Shown here: piece after piece, positions 37,621 through 48,393 of the stretch
Layout of the letters: each line of letters begins with the position of its first letter
Numbering within the stretch: position 1 is the first letter of the stretch
Assembly (NCBI GenBank): GCA_965279515.1
Contig: CBDIID010000003.1
Location: forward strand, 1,408,001-1,472,000
DNA length: 64,000 bases
Origin: Turneriella sp.
Lineage (GTDB): Bacteria > Spirochaetota > Leptospiria > Turneriellales > Turneriellaceae
Direction: 5' to 3'
Translations under genes and position numbers: made by a program
The notes under the pieces: generated by a model
Told to the model about the DNA's origin: nothing
Seen by the model: only the letters and a program-made list of their open reading frames with translations
Databases searched by the model: none

Positions 37621-39027
37621 CTGATGAATCGCCCAACCGCCATTATTCTCCGCGGCATCTTTGATAATTTCGCTGAGCGTCGGGTGCGCATGGCAGGTGC
37701 GCGCCACGTCTTCGGCTGACGCGCCGAACTCCATCGCGAGTGTTAACTCGGCGATGAGCTCCGACGCGCGCGCGCCGACGATGTAGGCGCCCAGCAGGCG
37801 ATCTGTTGTTTTATCGGACAACAATTTTAGCTGGCCATCGCCTTCCATCATCGCCTTCGCGCGGCCGTTGGGTTTAAAGAACGAGCGACCGATTTTATAT
37901 TCGATGCCCTTTTCTTTCAGCTCTTCTTCGCCGAGACCCACCCACGCCACTTCGGGATGCGTGTAGACGACGCCCGGTATCGCATCGTAATTCACATGAC
38001 CCGCCTGGCCCGCCATCACTTCGACGCAGGCCACGCCCTCTTCCATCGCCTTGTGCGCGAGCATCGGCCCGTTGATACAATCGCCGATCGCATAAACCGA
38101 AGGCACCGAAGTCTGGTAGGTATGCATATCGACCGCGATGCGGCCGCGTTCGGTGAGTTTCACACCCACCTTGTCGAGGCCGAGATTTTCGAGGTAAGGC
38201 TTGCGGCCCACCGCGCAGAGAATCACATCGCCTTCAAAGGTTTTGGTTTCACCAGCAGGATTTTTCACCGTGACGATGCCGCCCTTACCCTTGACTTCGG
38301 CCTTTTCCACCTTGTGCTCGAAAAAGAATTCGATGCCCTGCTGCTCCAGAATGCGTTGCGCAAGACTGGACATCTGCCTGTCGGCCGTACCGAAGAGCCG
38401 CGGCAAAAATTCGATCACGCTGACTTTTGCGCCAAGACGGCGCCAGACCGAACCCAGCTCTAACCCAATCACGCCCGCACCGATCACAATCATGTGCTGC
38501 GGTACCTTCGGCAGCGCAATCGCATGATCTGAGGTAATAATGACTTTGCCGTCGACCGGCACCGTTGGCAATTCGATGGGGATAGACCCCGTCGCTAAAA
38601 TTATTTTTTTAGCCTTGAGAGTTTCAACAACAGACTTGTCGGCCGGGTTTATCACCTGAACTTCCGTCGGCGACGTGAGACTGCCGAAGCCGACAAAACG
38701 TTCGATCTTGTTCTTTTTCATGAGAAAGTCAACGCCGCCGGTAACTTCGGAGACAACCTTATCTTTGCGTTTCAGCATTTGCGCCACATCCATTTTGACA
38801 TCTTTTGCGGAAATGCCGTGCTCGCCGAAATGTTTCAGCGCGTTCTCATAGTGCTCGCTCGAATCCAATAGGGCTTTGGAAGGGATACATCCGACATTGA
38901 GGCATGTGCCGCCCATGGTCGCGCGCTTTTCGACAATGGCAACGCTCATCTTCAGCTGCGCCGCGCGTATGGCCGAAACATAACCTGCAGGGCCGCCGCC
39001 GATCACGACAAGATCAAATTCTTTCAT
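37618..39027 (-). CDS. lpdA: Dihydrolipoyl dehydrogenase
   Basis: [20 protein letters not shown] redox disulfide, [16 protein letters not shown]. Confidence 0.97.
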   Translation of the reverse strand: MKEFDLVVIGGGPAGYVSAIRAAQLKMSVAIVEKRATMGGTCLNVGCIPSKALLDSSEHYENALKHFGEHGISAKDVKMDVAQMLKRKDKVVSEVTGGVDFLMKKNKIERFVGFGSLTSPTEVQVINPADKSVVETLKAKKIILATGSIPIELPTVPVDGKVIITSDHAIALPKVPQHMIVIGAGVIGLELGSVWRRLGAKVSVIEFLPRLFGTADRQMSSLAQRILEQQGIEFFFEHKVEKAEVKGKGGIVTVKNPAGETKTFEGDVILCAVGRKPYLENLGLDKVGVKLTERGRIAVDMHTYQTSVPSVYAIGDCINGPMLAHKAMEEGVACVEVMAGQAGHVNYDAIPGVVYTHPEVAWVGLGEEELKEKGIEYKIGRSFFKPNGRAKAMMEGDGQLKLLSDKTTDRLLGAYIVGARASELIAELTLAMEFGASAEDVARTCHAHPTLSEIIKDAAENNGGWAIHQ

Positions 39028-39086
39028 AATCAACCGTCACCGGGACCCGCGATAAGCAGGCAATGAATCTAAAGGAAGAGCGGGGA

Positions 39087-40442
39087 TTAAATGCGGTAAC
39101 GGGCGTAAAAGTCCAGAAGCCAGTATTTTCCCGCTTCGAGCAAAAGCGGCGCCCTCTGGTAGGTCAGGACATCCTGGCTGCCATACTCGATGTCGCCGAT
39201 CAGGACATTGGATACCTTTGCACCAAGAAAGACTTTTTCTTCCAGCGTCAAGGCGATGGCAAGGCTCAACAGGTCATTGCCTGAACGGACAGGGTTATAG
39301 CCCTTCCCGGCGTAGCCGTTTTCATAAAAGACCAGCAGTATTTCATTGCGCAGCGTAAGACGAATCGCTTTCCAGGGGGAGACATCCACCTCTTGTAAAA
39401 AATAAAACCCCACGGAACGCCCCGGATAGAGATAAAAGTTATAGGGTTGGTTGTTATAACGCTGGTCCGTCGTGAGATCGGTGAAATAATAAAAATGCGA
39501 GCGGCGCTGCTTTTCGTAGAAATCGGTCGCCTCGGCGCCATAATAACGCACCTGGTTCGAAAGCAACAAACGGTCGAAGATGCCCCAGAATTTCGACCGT
39601 GCATAATCAACGCCCAGAACACCCGAAACTGTTTTTTCGTTAACGTTAAAACCCCGGCTGAAAGTTACAGAGGATAAATCCAGAAAGCGCGGCACGCCTC
39701 CGTAGTTTTGCCCGGTGTAATACGCCTGCATGCCTGTCGGACGGTAGAGATACGAAACACCGCCTTCATAGTAGAGACGCAGCGAATCAAACAGCGTGAT
39801 CTCTCCGGCGATACCGGGCACGATGCGGTTGCCCACGGGCGTGTTGATTTCAGACAGGGCACCGATGCCGATGATTTTCTTCGGGCCGTAAATGTACAGG
39901 CTCTGGACGTCGTCGCCTTCATAATAACCATAGCCGAGCACCGCGGCTTCGACGCTCAAATACCTAAAATCGGCGTTGAACTGAAAGCCGACACCGGTAA
40001 ACTGAGAATAGAAGAGTCCCTGACCGTGACGGAACATAGGCAATGAACCCGCAAGCACGCGGATGTTGTGCCCGCTGTCGGGCAGACCTTCGATGGGGAT
40101 CAACTGCCCGAGCGTGCCCTCAAAACTCATTTGCGGAAAGGCGCGCATGATGAAAGGCGCATCGGTGAGATTCGCAGACATCGTGCGCTTCTGCAGCGTG
40201 GCCAGCGCACTGACATTAAAATGGGGCACGACCTGGTAATTGCCATAAAACTGAAACCAGGCATACGAATGCCGCGCGGGCAGGCTCCGGACTTCACTGC
40301 TGGTTCCTAAGGCATTCGTATAGGTGATAAAACCTTCGCTGCCGAAATTCCATTTCTCGGGACCAGCTTTCGGCGTGAGGCGATCCCAGCTGGTATCGAG
40401 TTTGCCGAAATCGGCGGCGATGAGGCTTGTGCCAGCCAACAC
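39087..40442 (-). CDS. Hypothetical outer-membrane beta-barrel protein
   Basis: Aromatic/Gly-rich alternating strands and C-terminal DFYARYRI beta-signal-like end. Start may lie upstream (ATT at 40469). Confidence 0.6.
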   Translation of the reverse strand: MLAGTSLIAADFGKLDTSWDRLTPKAGPEKWNFGSEGFITYTNALGTSSEVRSLPARHSYAWFQFYGNYQVVPHFNVSALATLQKRTMSANLTDAPFIMRAFPQMSFEGTLGQLIPIEGLPDSGHNIRVLAGSLPMFRHGQGLFYSQFTGVGFQFNADFRYLSVEAAVLGYGYYEGDDVQSLYIYGPKKIIGIGALSEINTPVGNRIVPGIAGEITLFDSLRLYYEGGVSYLYRPTGMQAYYTGQNYGGVPRFLDLSSVTFSRGFNVNEKTVSGVLGVDYARSKFWGIFDRLLLSNQVRYYGAEATDFYEKQRRSHFYYFTDLTTDQRYNNQPYNFYLYPGRSVGFYFLQEVDVSPWKAIRLTLRNEILLVFYENGYAGKGYNPVRSGNDLLSLAIALTLEEKVFLGAKVSNVLIGDIEYGSQDVLTYQRAPLLLEAGKYWLLDFYARYRI

Positions 40443-40464
40443 GAAGAGAACGAGAGCTGGATAC

Positions 40465-41022
40465 CTAATAGCAGGCCTCGGTGAATATCAAATTCTGAAA
40501 CTGCAGGGCCTGCGACACCGAGGTATTCTCGTCGGGTAGGGTTGTATTGGCGGTAATCTGCGTCGTAGCCGTCGATGTGCGCGACAAGGTAACCGTTCCC
40601 GAGCCCCTGAGGGTCGCATTGTAATAGCCTGCGACATATTTTTCACTGCTGCAATTGTAATAATCGGCGCACGTTACGGCAGATAACCAGACCTCGGGGT
40701 TGCCTGTGGCGATCGTCTTCACTCCGTAAGCGGAAGATGCGAGATTGATCGTCAGCGAAAAAAAACCGGTCCCGACGATTACCTGCCGCATCGACGATGC
40801 GCTGACAGGCACAGCCGGCGTGACAATGGCTGTGCCGCTCAGGGCCAGCCCGTTCAGATTACCTGAATAATCGAAGTAGGATTCATACGAAGAATCGATA
40901 TCAAACGCTGAGCCGCAAGTAATGCGCGAGCGGGAGTTTTGAGTTGGCGTATCAATGGCACAGCCCGACGCCAGAAGTAAAAGCACGTTGAAAACCAGCA
41001 TGGTGAGAAAAAGCCTCTTCAT
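40465..41022 (-). CDS. Hypothetical Ser/Thr-rich lipoprotein
   Basis: MKRLFLTMLVFNVLLLLASGC lipobox; beta-rich mature part with 4 further Cys. Confidence 0.7.
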   Translation of the reverse strand: MKRLFLTMLVFNVLLLLASGCAIDTPTQNSRSRITCGSAFDIDSSYESYFDYSGNLNGLALSGTAIVTPAVPVSASSMRQVIVGTGFFSLTINLASSAYGVKTIATGNPEVWLSAVTCADYYNCSSEKYVAGYYNATLRGSGTVTLSRTSTATTQITANTTLPDENTSVSQALQFQNLIFTEACY

Positions 41023-41209
41023 GCATGATTTATGCAGTGCGATGTGCAGCGCCACTAGGGTCTTAGCTGATAACCAGCTTTCCGCGTCGCGCCGAAAAAT
41101 TGCCCGGCTGGCGATGACGCATGGCATAATCTAATATGTTGGATAACTTATTTATAATAAATTGAGAATAGTTCGGGAACCCGCAGAGTGCTGCACAGGT
41201 CGGTATCGT

Positions 41210-42331
41210 ATGACCGACCATATTGGCCTATTGTGTACATCAGAATCGCGGGGTGGCCTAGAACTCAATGTCATCCGCATGGCCCGCTGGCTTACGGAAA
41301 TGGGTTGTGTTATCGTCATTCTCGGTAAGCCGGGAACCGAAATCGAATATCTATCGGCGAAGCATGCCCTCAGGTTTCTGCCTATCGACCCCGGCCCCAA
41401 ATATTTTGACCTGCGTGCGGGATGGCGACTAAGGCGGATCATCCGCGGCTACAACCTCAAAATTATTCTGGTAAATACCACGGCTGACATCGGCCGCGCC
41501 GTTCTCGGAAAGATCTTTTCACTCGGATCTGCTCACGTGGTTTATCTGCAAAATATGCAGATCGGCATTAAGAAAACGGATCCATTCCATAGCTGGCTGT
41601 ATAACCGCCTGGATGCGTGGATATCCCCATTGCCTTTCATGGCCGACCAGGTACGCAGGCTCACGAGGCTCAACCGTAAAAAAATATTTCAGTTTCCCCT
41701 CGGCATCGAACTCGATCGTTTCATCGAAAACAAACCGCATCAAACCGAGGCCCGCTGGAAGCTGGGCCTGCCCCACAATTCCATACTTGCCGGCGTGATT
41801 GGCAGAATCGACCGCCAAAAAGAGCAGGACCTGTTGCTCAGGGCTGCAGCGCGCCTCATTCACAATAATTATCCCCTCGACATTCTGATCTTGGGCGAAG
41901 CCACGCTGCATGAGGCCGACAGTTATGCACAAGAGCTGAAGGCCCTCAGCAGGAGCCTCGACATTGAAAACCATGTGCATTTCAGGCCCTTCATCGAAGA
42001 TATCGAGACTGCGCATGCGGCGCTGGATATCTTTGTTCTGCCCTCGCGCAATGAAACATTCGGCCTCGTTACGGTCGAAGCCATGGCAGCGGGCCTGCCC
42101 ATTATCGCGACGCGCAGCGGCGGTACACCGGAGATCATCTCAGACCACGAAGAGGGCTTGCTGATCACCCCTGGCAATGTCGGCGAACTGGCCGCTGCGC
42201 TTAAACTGCTCATGCGCTTTCCCGATCTGCGCCAGCATTTCGGCAAGGCGGCACGCCGCAAGGCTGTCGAATTTTTTTCCCATGCGCAGCAGTGTTTCGA
42301 CATGATGGCGCTATTCGAAAAAATTTCATGA
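41210..42331 (+). CDS. Glycosyltransferase family 4
   Basis: GGLE, IGRIDRQKEQ, PSRNETFGLVTVEAMAAGLP. Confidence 0.93.
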   Translation: MTDHIGLLCTSESRGGLELNVIRMARWLTEMGCVIVILGKPGTEIEYLSAKHALRFLPIDPGPKYFDLRAGWRLRRIIRGYNLKIILVNTTADIGRAVLGKIFSLGSAHVVYLQNMQIGIKKTDPFHSWLYNRLDAWISPLPFMADQVRRLTRLNRKKIFQFPLGIELDRFIENKPHQTEARWKLGLPHNSILAGVIGRIDRQKEQDLLLRAAARLIHNNYPLDILILGEATLHEADSYAQELKALSRSLDIENHVHFRPFIEDIETAHAALDIFVLPSRNETFGLVTVEAMAAGLPIIATRSGGTPEIISDHEEGLLITPGNVGELAAALKLLMRFPDLRQHFGKAARRKAVEFFSHAQQCFDMMALFEKIS

Positions 42332-43533
42332 ATAAAAGTTCGCGTGACGCGGTCGCGCTGATACGCCTGGGCTCTCTCGGTGATGTACTCATCGCCACGC
42401 CGGCTTTGCGCGAAACCATCCAAAAATTTTCAGGTAAACCCGTCTACGTGGTTGGCTCATCTCTCTGGCTGAAAATTTTATCGCCCCGGATGTGGCCCGA
42501 AGTTTCAGGGGTGCTTACGATGACGAAAAAGGGTCGCGAGGCGAGGCTTTACCGGCCCGAAGGAGATCTCTGGAGAGCCGCAGAAGAAAAGATAACCATC
42601 ATGCAATTGCTGCACCGCTGCGCGGTGACCGTGAATCTGCGTATCGATTCTTTCCGGTTCTTATCTCTGGCGTGGTTTGCCCGTGTACCACGCCGCCACG
42701 GCACATGCCCGTGGTATCTGAAATTTCTGGTCACGCACTGGTCGCCGTGGCTGAATCAGACCGCCGCCATCCATGAACGCGACCGCTTGCTGCGCATCGT
42801 CGATGCGCCCAGGCGCAGGTTGTTCCCATTGGGGCTCGAATCACAAAACCGCAGGAACTTGTTCCTTAACCCGGAAGCACCGGCTGGCGACGGCGGGCGC
42901 GGTGCTGCCGCAGATTACGCGACGCCGCTACAGGCAGCATGGCCGAAAACTACGCTGCCGTACATATGGCTGAGGCGCGGCTTACCGCAGCTTGCAAAGG
43001 CCGACACGAGGGTGCTCCGGGACAAATTCCATCTCGAAGCGAAATCCTATTGGCTGGTTAATCCGACTTCCAGCCTGGTTGAAAAGGCATGGCCCGCCGA
43101 CAGATTTCGTATTTTCTGCGCGCAGTATGCAGCGACTCTCAAGAAGAGAAAAAAATCGCTGGTTATCACCGGCGCTCCTCATGAGACAGACTGGCTGAAG
43201 AGCGTTGCTACCGGGGACTTCCGGGTTATTCAACCGCATACTTTCACAGATCTCTTGCAACTCGTCGCCGGTGCCGAAGTGCTGATCACAAATACCAGTT
43301 CCCTGCAGTTCATAGCGGCGGCGACTTTGACCCCTGCAATCACACTGGTCGGTCGGGCGACACCGGCCCGGTGGGGGCCGGTGGGACCAAACGATATCAG
43401 TGTTTGGGGCCAACTGCCGAAAAACTTCAGGGGCAATTTCCGCGAGCAGGAGATCGCTTCATATGAAGAGATCTCCGTTGATCAGTTACGGGCAGCGGCG
43501 CAAAAGATGACGGAGCGCTTAAACCAGCTTTAA
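42328..43533 (+). CDS. Glycosyltransferase family 9 (LPS heptosyltransferase-like)
   Basis: IRLGSLGDVLIATPAL, KAWP, ITNTSSLQFIAAA, T..RWGP. ATGA overlap with the GT4 gene. Confidence 0.85.
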   Translation: MNKSSRDAVALIRLGSLGDVLIATPALRETIQKFSGKPVYVVGSSLWLKILSPRMWPEVSGVLTMTKKGREARLYRPEGDLWRAAEEKITIMQLLHRCAVTVNLRIDSFRFLSLAWFARVPRRHGTCPWYLKFLVTHWSPWLNQTAAIHERDRLLRIVDAPRRRLFPLGLESQNRRNLFLNPEAPAGDGGRGAAADYATPLQAAWPKTTLPYIWLRRGLPQLAKADTRVLRDKFHLEAKSYWLVNPTSSLVEKAWPADRFRIFCAQYAATLKKRKKSLVITGAPHETDWLKSVATGDFRVIQPHTFTDLLQLVAGAEVLITNTSSLQFIAAATLTPAITLVGRATPARWGPVGPNDISVWGQLPKNFRGNFREQEIASYEEISVDQLRAAAQKMTERLNQL

Positions 43534-45096
43534 GAGCTTAGGCAAGCGCCACGGTTTCATCAGGTGCGCGCAGGTGGCAACGCCGCCCATCATCGCCCCG
43601 GCGATACCAAGCGATGTCGTATCGGCACCGGTGAGATAAAGATTTTTCACGGGCGTATGCACCTGGCACCACGGTGACGCGCTTGTATCAAAACGTTCGG
43701 GCACACTCGCCAGGCCATAGATAGAACCCTGATCGTGGCTCGTCATATATTCCGTTGTGATGGGCGTCGAAGTCTCATGGAAATCCACAAGGTCTGCAAA
43801 ACCCTTATACCGCTCATCGACGAACCGGATTAACAACTCTGTAGCCTTTTCTTTCAGGTTTTTGTACGCCTCTTCACGCTTATGCCAGGGCTGGTCTTTC
43901 CAGGCTGCGTATTCGCCGTAGGGAGCGAAGGTAATAATCTCCGCAGTATGCCCCTCGGCCTTCGGGTCTTTTAAGGAGGGAAGAGAAAGGTAAGCCATCG
44001 GTGGCCGGCCCTTTTTGACCCAGTCGATGCGGTTTGCGAAAGTGATATCGTGGTCATAGTTATCGTAGATCCAGTGGTTCTCGCCTTTGAGGCCAAGCGT
44101 CGCTGCGCTGTCCTTGAGCGCTAAATAGACGCTGATGTGCGATACAGGGGGATTACGTCTGTTGAAGTCGATAATACGCTCTTTGAAGTCGGCGGTCTCA
44201 TCTCCGGAAAGCAGTTTCACATAGGTGTTGTATGCACCCGCGCATGATATGATGGTCTTCGCCTTAAAGATGATATCCTCGTCTTTGTTCTGTCCCCGCA
44301 GATTTCTGGCTCGCACGCCGACGGCTTTCCCGTTCTCGACGATGATTTCCTGAACGGCATGGTTCTCGAGTACCTTGCCGCCCTTCGCTTCGATAATCGG
44401 CACGATCGCTTCGGCAATCGCTTCCGACGAACCCACAGGGTATGCCGCGCCCTTAAAGAAATGATTCACGAGTATCGCGTGGATACAGAACGCACTTTGT
44501 GAAGGCGGCAGCCCAAAATCGCCCCACTGGCTCGCCACCAGCGAGCGCAATTTCGCGCTCCGAAAGCGCTGCTCGAGATACTCTTTCGTTGTCATGATTG
44601 CATACGGCACATCTTTCTGTATCAGGGGGCCAATCCACTTGAGCGCAAACGGCAGGCTCTTGCCGATCTCGGTGCGCTGAAACCAGATCAGCACATCCTG
44701 AATGTCGCTGAAGTAGATGGCGATGGCATCCTTTTCTTCGGGAAAAAGCGCCTCAAGATCAGCGCGGAAATTTTCAACACCGCTGCGGTGGCCGAACGTG
44801 AGGTCAGGATAAACAAACTTATCGAAGACATCGGGCATGGGGTTCCATTGCAGTTTGCCCTGCGTGATCGTGTCGAAAACCCGGCGTATCTGTTCACCCT
44901 CGCCCACCTGCCCGACATAGTGCAATCCGACATCCCAGACATATTTCTTTTTACGCTTAAAGACATGCGTATAACCGCCGACCTGCCAGTGTTTTTCGAG
45001 AATCAGGCAACGTTTATTCTCCCATTGCGAAAGCAGACTCGCGGCGGTCAGCGAACCGATGCCTGAGCCGATGAAGATGACGTCGTAATTCTGCAT
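43519..45096 (-). CDS. FAD-dependent oxidoreductase, phytoene desaturase/retinol saturase-like
   Basis: IGSGIGSL, EKHWQVGGYTHVF, WDVGLHY, TPVKNLYLTGAD. Confidence 0.88.
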   Translation of the reverse strand: MQNYDVIFIGSGIGSLTAASLLSQWENKRCLILEKHWQVGGYTHVFKRKKKYVWDVGLHYVGQVGEGEQIRRVFDTITQGKLQWNPMPDVFDKFVYPDLTFGHRSGVENFRADLEALFPEEKDAIAIYFSDIQDVLIWFQRTEIGKSLPFALKWIGPLIQKDVPYAIMTTKEYLEQRFRSAKLRSLVASQWGDFGLPPSQSAFCIHAILVNHFFKGAAYPVGSSEAIAEAIVPIIEAKGGKVLENHAVQEIIVENGKAVGVRARNLRGQNKDEDIIFKAKTIISCAGAYNTYVKLLSGDETADFKERIIDFNRRNPPVSHISVYLALKDSAATLGLKGENHWIYDNYDHDITFANRIDWVKKGRPPMAYLSLPSLKDPKAEGHTAEIITFAPYGEYAAWKDQPWHKREEAYKNLKEKATELLIRFVDERYKGFADLVDFHETSTPITTEYMTSHDQGSIYGLASVPERFDTSASPWCQVHTPVKNLYLTGADTTSLGIAGAMMGGVATCAHLMKPWRLPKLLKLV

Positions 45097-45133
45097 AGGG
45101 TCAGACAGATGATTAAACATGGGTTGACGAACC

Positions 45134-45163
45134 ATTAATAATGACAGTCGCGCTATTATTAAT
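45134..45163. promoter_or_regulatory. Inverted repeat upstream of the oxidoreductase (putative operator)
   Basis: ATTAATAAT-N12-ATTATTAAT with perfect 9-bp arms. Confidence 0.5.
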
Positions 45164-45177
45164 CGGGTAAAAAAAGT

Positions 45178-46272
45178 TTATTTAAGCTGAACGATCTCAG
45201 CAATCTGATCGGGAGGAATTTTAGTGCGATGCGTGGTCGTGTAATAAACCTCTTCGAGGCTGTTCTTTTTTGCAGCGTAGAGCGCAGTTCCGTTACGTAA
45301 AAAAACTTTAAAAACATTTGGATACGCAGATTCTAATCTCGTCAATTCAGCCAGCGACTTTTCTGAGCCCGCGGTTCCAATAACCGTGTATTCGATCCAC
45401 GGCAGTTCAGCCTTCTGTACGATTTCCCTCACAGGTTGCGCAATGCGCTCTTCCATTGGCTTTTCGGAGAATTTAGCAGTAATCCGGGCCAGCTCGCCAG
45501 GAGTGATCGGGCGCGGCGCGACTCCTTTGTCAGAGGAATATACGTAGCTGCTTTTCATAGCTGTCTTCGCACCATCTGCTGAGCTTATAAGAGAACTGCC
45601 ACTCAGCAAATAGACTTCAAATTTATTTTCTTTTGTACTAATATAAAGCTTTGTACCTATGATGTCGACGCGATAACCTGCGGGCAATTGAATTCCTCTT
45701 TTCCCCGAATAAGAGTGATCAAAGCTGAGCATGAACTGACCTTCGTGCAGCAGAATGTCTTTTGTACCTTTACCTGAAGCTAAGGAAAACACGCCACCAC
45801 GCACGGCAACCTCAAGACCAAAATCGGTACGCAGGCTGGAAGTATCGCCACGGAACTCGTCACGCTCGGCTATCGCAGTCTGAGAAGCCACGTCATAGCT
45901 GCAGCAGAGCAGCCCGGGTCGTTTTATCTGTGCGGCATGCGAAAGCCTGATCTTTTGATGTTCAGGAATCAGCCATTCATGGTAACGGTTTATGAAAAGC
46001 CCAAAAATTGCAAGAGCGCTGATTGCAAGCGCTGGAATGAAAACCGGTCGCGCCAGCCATGTCCCAATGCGCCGGAACAGGCTATCATTTTGCCGCACAA
46101 GGCCGGCGTTTAGCCATGTTAAAATTTCCGTGTTCCCGGCGTGGGTTGCCGGCCCGGGTACCAATGCCCGGCTGAGAAAACGTTCGCGCAGTTTTCGTCG
46201 CGCAGTTTCGCGCGAAAAATCTTTTTGATCTTCGGTGAGAGCATTCATCAGTTTTTCTAAATCGCTGGCCAT
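45178..46272 (-). CDS. FecR-like transmembrane anti-sigma factor
   Basis: Cytoplasmic N-terminus, one TM (PVFIPALAISALAIFGLFI), FecR-like LHEGQF...RVDIIGTKL...VYLLSGS. Starts 2 bp after the sigma stop. Confidence 0.65.
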   Translation of the reverse strand: MASDLEKLMNALTEDQKDFSRETARRKLRERFLSRALVPGPATHAGNTEILTWLNAGLVRQNDSLFRRIGTWLARPVFIPALAISALAIFGLFINRYHEWLIPEHQKIRLSHAAQIKRPGLLCCSYDVASQTAIAERDEFRGDTSSLRTDFGLEVAVRGGVFSLASGKGTKDILLHEGQFMLSFDHSYSGKRGIQLPAGYRVDIIGTKLYISTKENKFEVYLLSGSSLISSADGAKTAMKSSYVYSSDKGVAPRPITPGELARITAKFSEKPMEERIAQPVREIVQKAELPWIEYTVIGTAGSEKSLAELTRLESAYPNVFKVFLRNGTALYAAKKNSLEEVYYTTTHRTKIPPDQIAEIVQLK

Positions 46273-46273
46273 G

Positions 46274-46879
46274 TTACGCAAATCTCTCGCCGATTTTCCG
46301 GCATAATCTTTGGAGGATGCGCGTGATTGTCGAGGGATGCACGTCCATAATTTCCCCAACTTCAGCAAGATTCATACCCTGCAGAATTTTCAATTCGAAA
46401 ATGTTCTTTTCATCGACAGAAAATTCAGCTTCGACATAATTCAGAATCTCGTCGATCAAGGTTTGGTTCAACAAATTCTCTTCAAACTCGTAGCTTAGGG
46501 ATTGCGGATTCACCACACTCAATAAAGCGATGTCTTCAAGCTGCTCTTTCTTTTTAACGACCTTATCAATACAATGGAAACGCGCAATTTTATAGAGCCA
46601 GGCGCGCGGGTTCTGTATCTGGTCAGCAGACTTCTTCAGGTGCGAGAGTGCCTTGCAATACACATCATGCACCAGATCACTCACGTCGTCTTCATTACGG
46701 GCATACTTGCGCACAAAGCCGGCAATTTCCTTCGAATGGAGCCGGTATAAACGGCAAATCAGATCCTCAACTCCGCTGCCAACACCCAGGCCAGACTGTA
46801 TGAAAGCCGCGGGATTCCCTTCCAATGGGCTACTCAAGGTTACCATATCTTCACATGCCCCGGTAAAGTCTATCAACAT
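46274..46879 (-). CDS. ECF RNA polymerase sigma factor
   Basis: Region 2 DVSDLVHDVY...RAWLYKIARFHCID; region 4 FELKILQGMNLAEVGEIMDVHPSTI. Confidence 0.9.
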   Translation of the reverse strand: MLIDFTGACEDMVTLSSPLEGNPAAFIQSGLGVGSGVEDLICRLYRLHSKEIAGFVRKYARNEDDVSDLVHDVYCKALSHLKKSADQIQNPRAWLYKIARFHCIDKVVKKKEQLEDIALLSVVNPQSLSYEFEENLLNQTLIDEILNYVEAEFSVDEKNIFELKILQGMNLAEVGEIMDVHPSTITRILQRLCRKIGERFA

Positions 46880-46898
46880 GTTTAGACATACCTAATCA

Positions 46899-46930
46899 GA
46901 CGACCGAAGCTGAATTTTTTGCAAAAAAGT
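46899..46930 (-). promoter_or_regulatory. Putative ECF promoter upstream of the sigma gene
   Basis: Minus strand ACTTTTT-TGCAA-aaaattcagcttcggt-CGTC (N16). Confidence 0.6.
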
Positions 46931-47871
46931 TACAAGCGGAAGCGGATTCCGCCCTGAATCATGGGTGAAGCAATAAATAAATTTTTCTCATAATGGGTGG
47001 TTAAGCTGCCTGAAAATACGAAGGCTACTTTGTCAAAAAACCTGAAATCGAAGGACACAGAATAGGTTAGGATAAAAATTGCGGCCGACGAGGCCGGCGT
47101 TAAGGAAATATCCGTGGTCAGGATATCTGCCCTGCCCGTCATCACGCCGCCATAAATCTCCGGAGTCACCGAAGTATGACGACTCAGGTAAATGGAGTAA
47201 CCAATCCCGGCACGCGTCCAGCCGAGGTTTCCGTTATTGCGCGTAGAGACTGAGTAACCACCTGACGCTAAAATGACGAAGTGACTCTGTTTCGCAAAAT
47301 TTGCGCTGAGCGGCAGGCCTGCGTCAAGGCCAAACCAATAGAAGTTATCCCCCACAGACTTTCCCGTCACATCATTGGACGGGGATAACCTGCCATACCC
47401 GACCGTCGGTTTATACTGGATGCGCCGCGGCAGTGAAACATCCGGCGTTTCCGCCTGGCGCCGGGCACATTCTCCGAGAGCCTCAATAACGGCTGCTCTA
47501 TGCATTTCAATGGCGTTGCCCCGCTGTTGTGCCGAGTCTGCGACTGTTCTTCTTTCTGCAATCTTCTTTTCAGAAGGATCCATGATTTCCGTTACGAACG
47601 AGACACCGTCTTTTTTTTCGCTGAAATATCCGCGGACCCGGAAGGTTACGGGCGGATAAAGCGGGGCCCCGGATTCATTTTCATACACACGAAACAAGTT
47701 TTGTTTCTGCAATTCAAGAACAAGATTGCGCGTCAGGGTTTTACCCAGAAAATTTACGGAAGGCTTTTCCCCCTCCGGCATATAAACGAATACTTCGACA
47801 GACATCTGTTCCGCGGCGATAGCTCCGGTGAAAACAAGCCAGATTCCGAAGAGACAGTGAAGGTATCGCAT
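46930..47871 (-). CDS. Hypothetical outer-membrane protein (periplasmic domain + small beta-barrel)
   Basis: Signal peptide, alpha/beta N-domain, C-terminal amphipathic strands ending GGIRFRL. Confidence 0.6.
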   Translation of the reverse strand: MRYLHCLFGIWLVFTGAIAAEQMSVEVFVYMPEGEKPSVNFLGKTLTRNLVLELQKQNLFRVYENESGAPLYPPVTFRVRGYFSEKKDGVSFVTEIMDPSEKKIAERRTVADSAQQRGNAIEMHRAAVIEALGECARRQAETPDVSLPRRIQYKPTVGYGRLSPSNDVTGKSVGDNFYWFGLDAGLPLSANFAKQSHFVILASGGYSVSTRNNGNLGWTRAGIGYSIYLSRHTSVTPEIYGGVMTGRADILTTDISLTPASSAAIFILTYSVSFDFRFFDKVAFVFSGSLTTHYEKNLFIASPMIQGGIRFRL

Positions 47872-47889
47872 AGGTTAGGCTGACGAACC

Positions 47890-48351
47890 TCAGTTATAGA
47901 TATACTGGCGGGTTCTCGCTAATGTTATGCGTGTATCAGGGGACGTGCTGGGGTAGTATACCAGCACATAAAAGACCCGAAACGGCAACGCAGTCGCACG
48001 AACACAACCCAGAATACAATTATAAAAGGTCCGCCCGCTATAATTACTCGTAATCGTTCCGGATGCACCGGTCAATTCAAAGTCAACAGCGTGGTCCGTG
48101 CCTCCCCTATTTGTATCATACAACCAGACTTCCACTTCATACCTGTCTTTAGCATTGTAGTTTTTGATATCCCACGAATAGGTTACAAACAAATTGCTAT
48201 TCTGGTCTACGCTGGATAATTCAGCAGGAGAAATGGACGAAACGGAAAGTTCTCCCTGAGGTTCGTTGGCATCCGGCAGCCGGGCCTCACAGCCAAAAAA
48301 AACTGCGGCTATCAGCAGTGTCCAAAAGATTTTTTGCATAACTCTTTGCAT
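47890..48351 (-). CDS. Hypothetical lipoprotein
   Basis: Lipobox FFGC and GGAGGGG RBS. Confidence 0.7.
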   Translation of the reverse strand: MQRVMQKIFWTLLIAAVFFGCEARLPDANEPQGELSVSSISPAELSSVDQNSNLFVTYSWDIKNYNAKDRYEVEVWLYDTNRGGTDHAVDFELTGASGTITSNYSGRTFYNCILGCVRATALPFRVFYVLVYYPSTSPDTRITLARTRQYIYN

Positions 48352-48393
48352 ATCCCCTCCGTGTTTCTTCTAAGCCATTGAAGTATCAGAACG

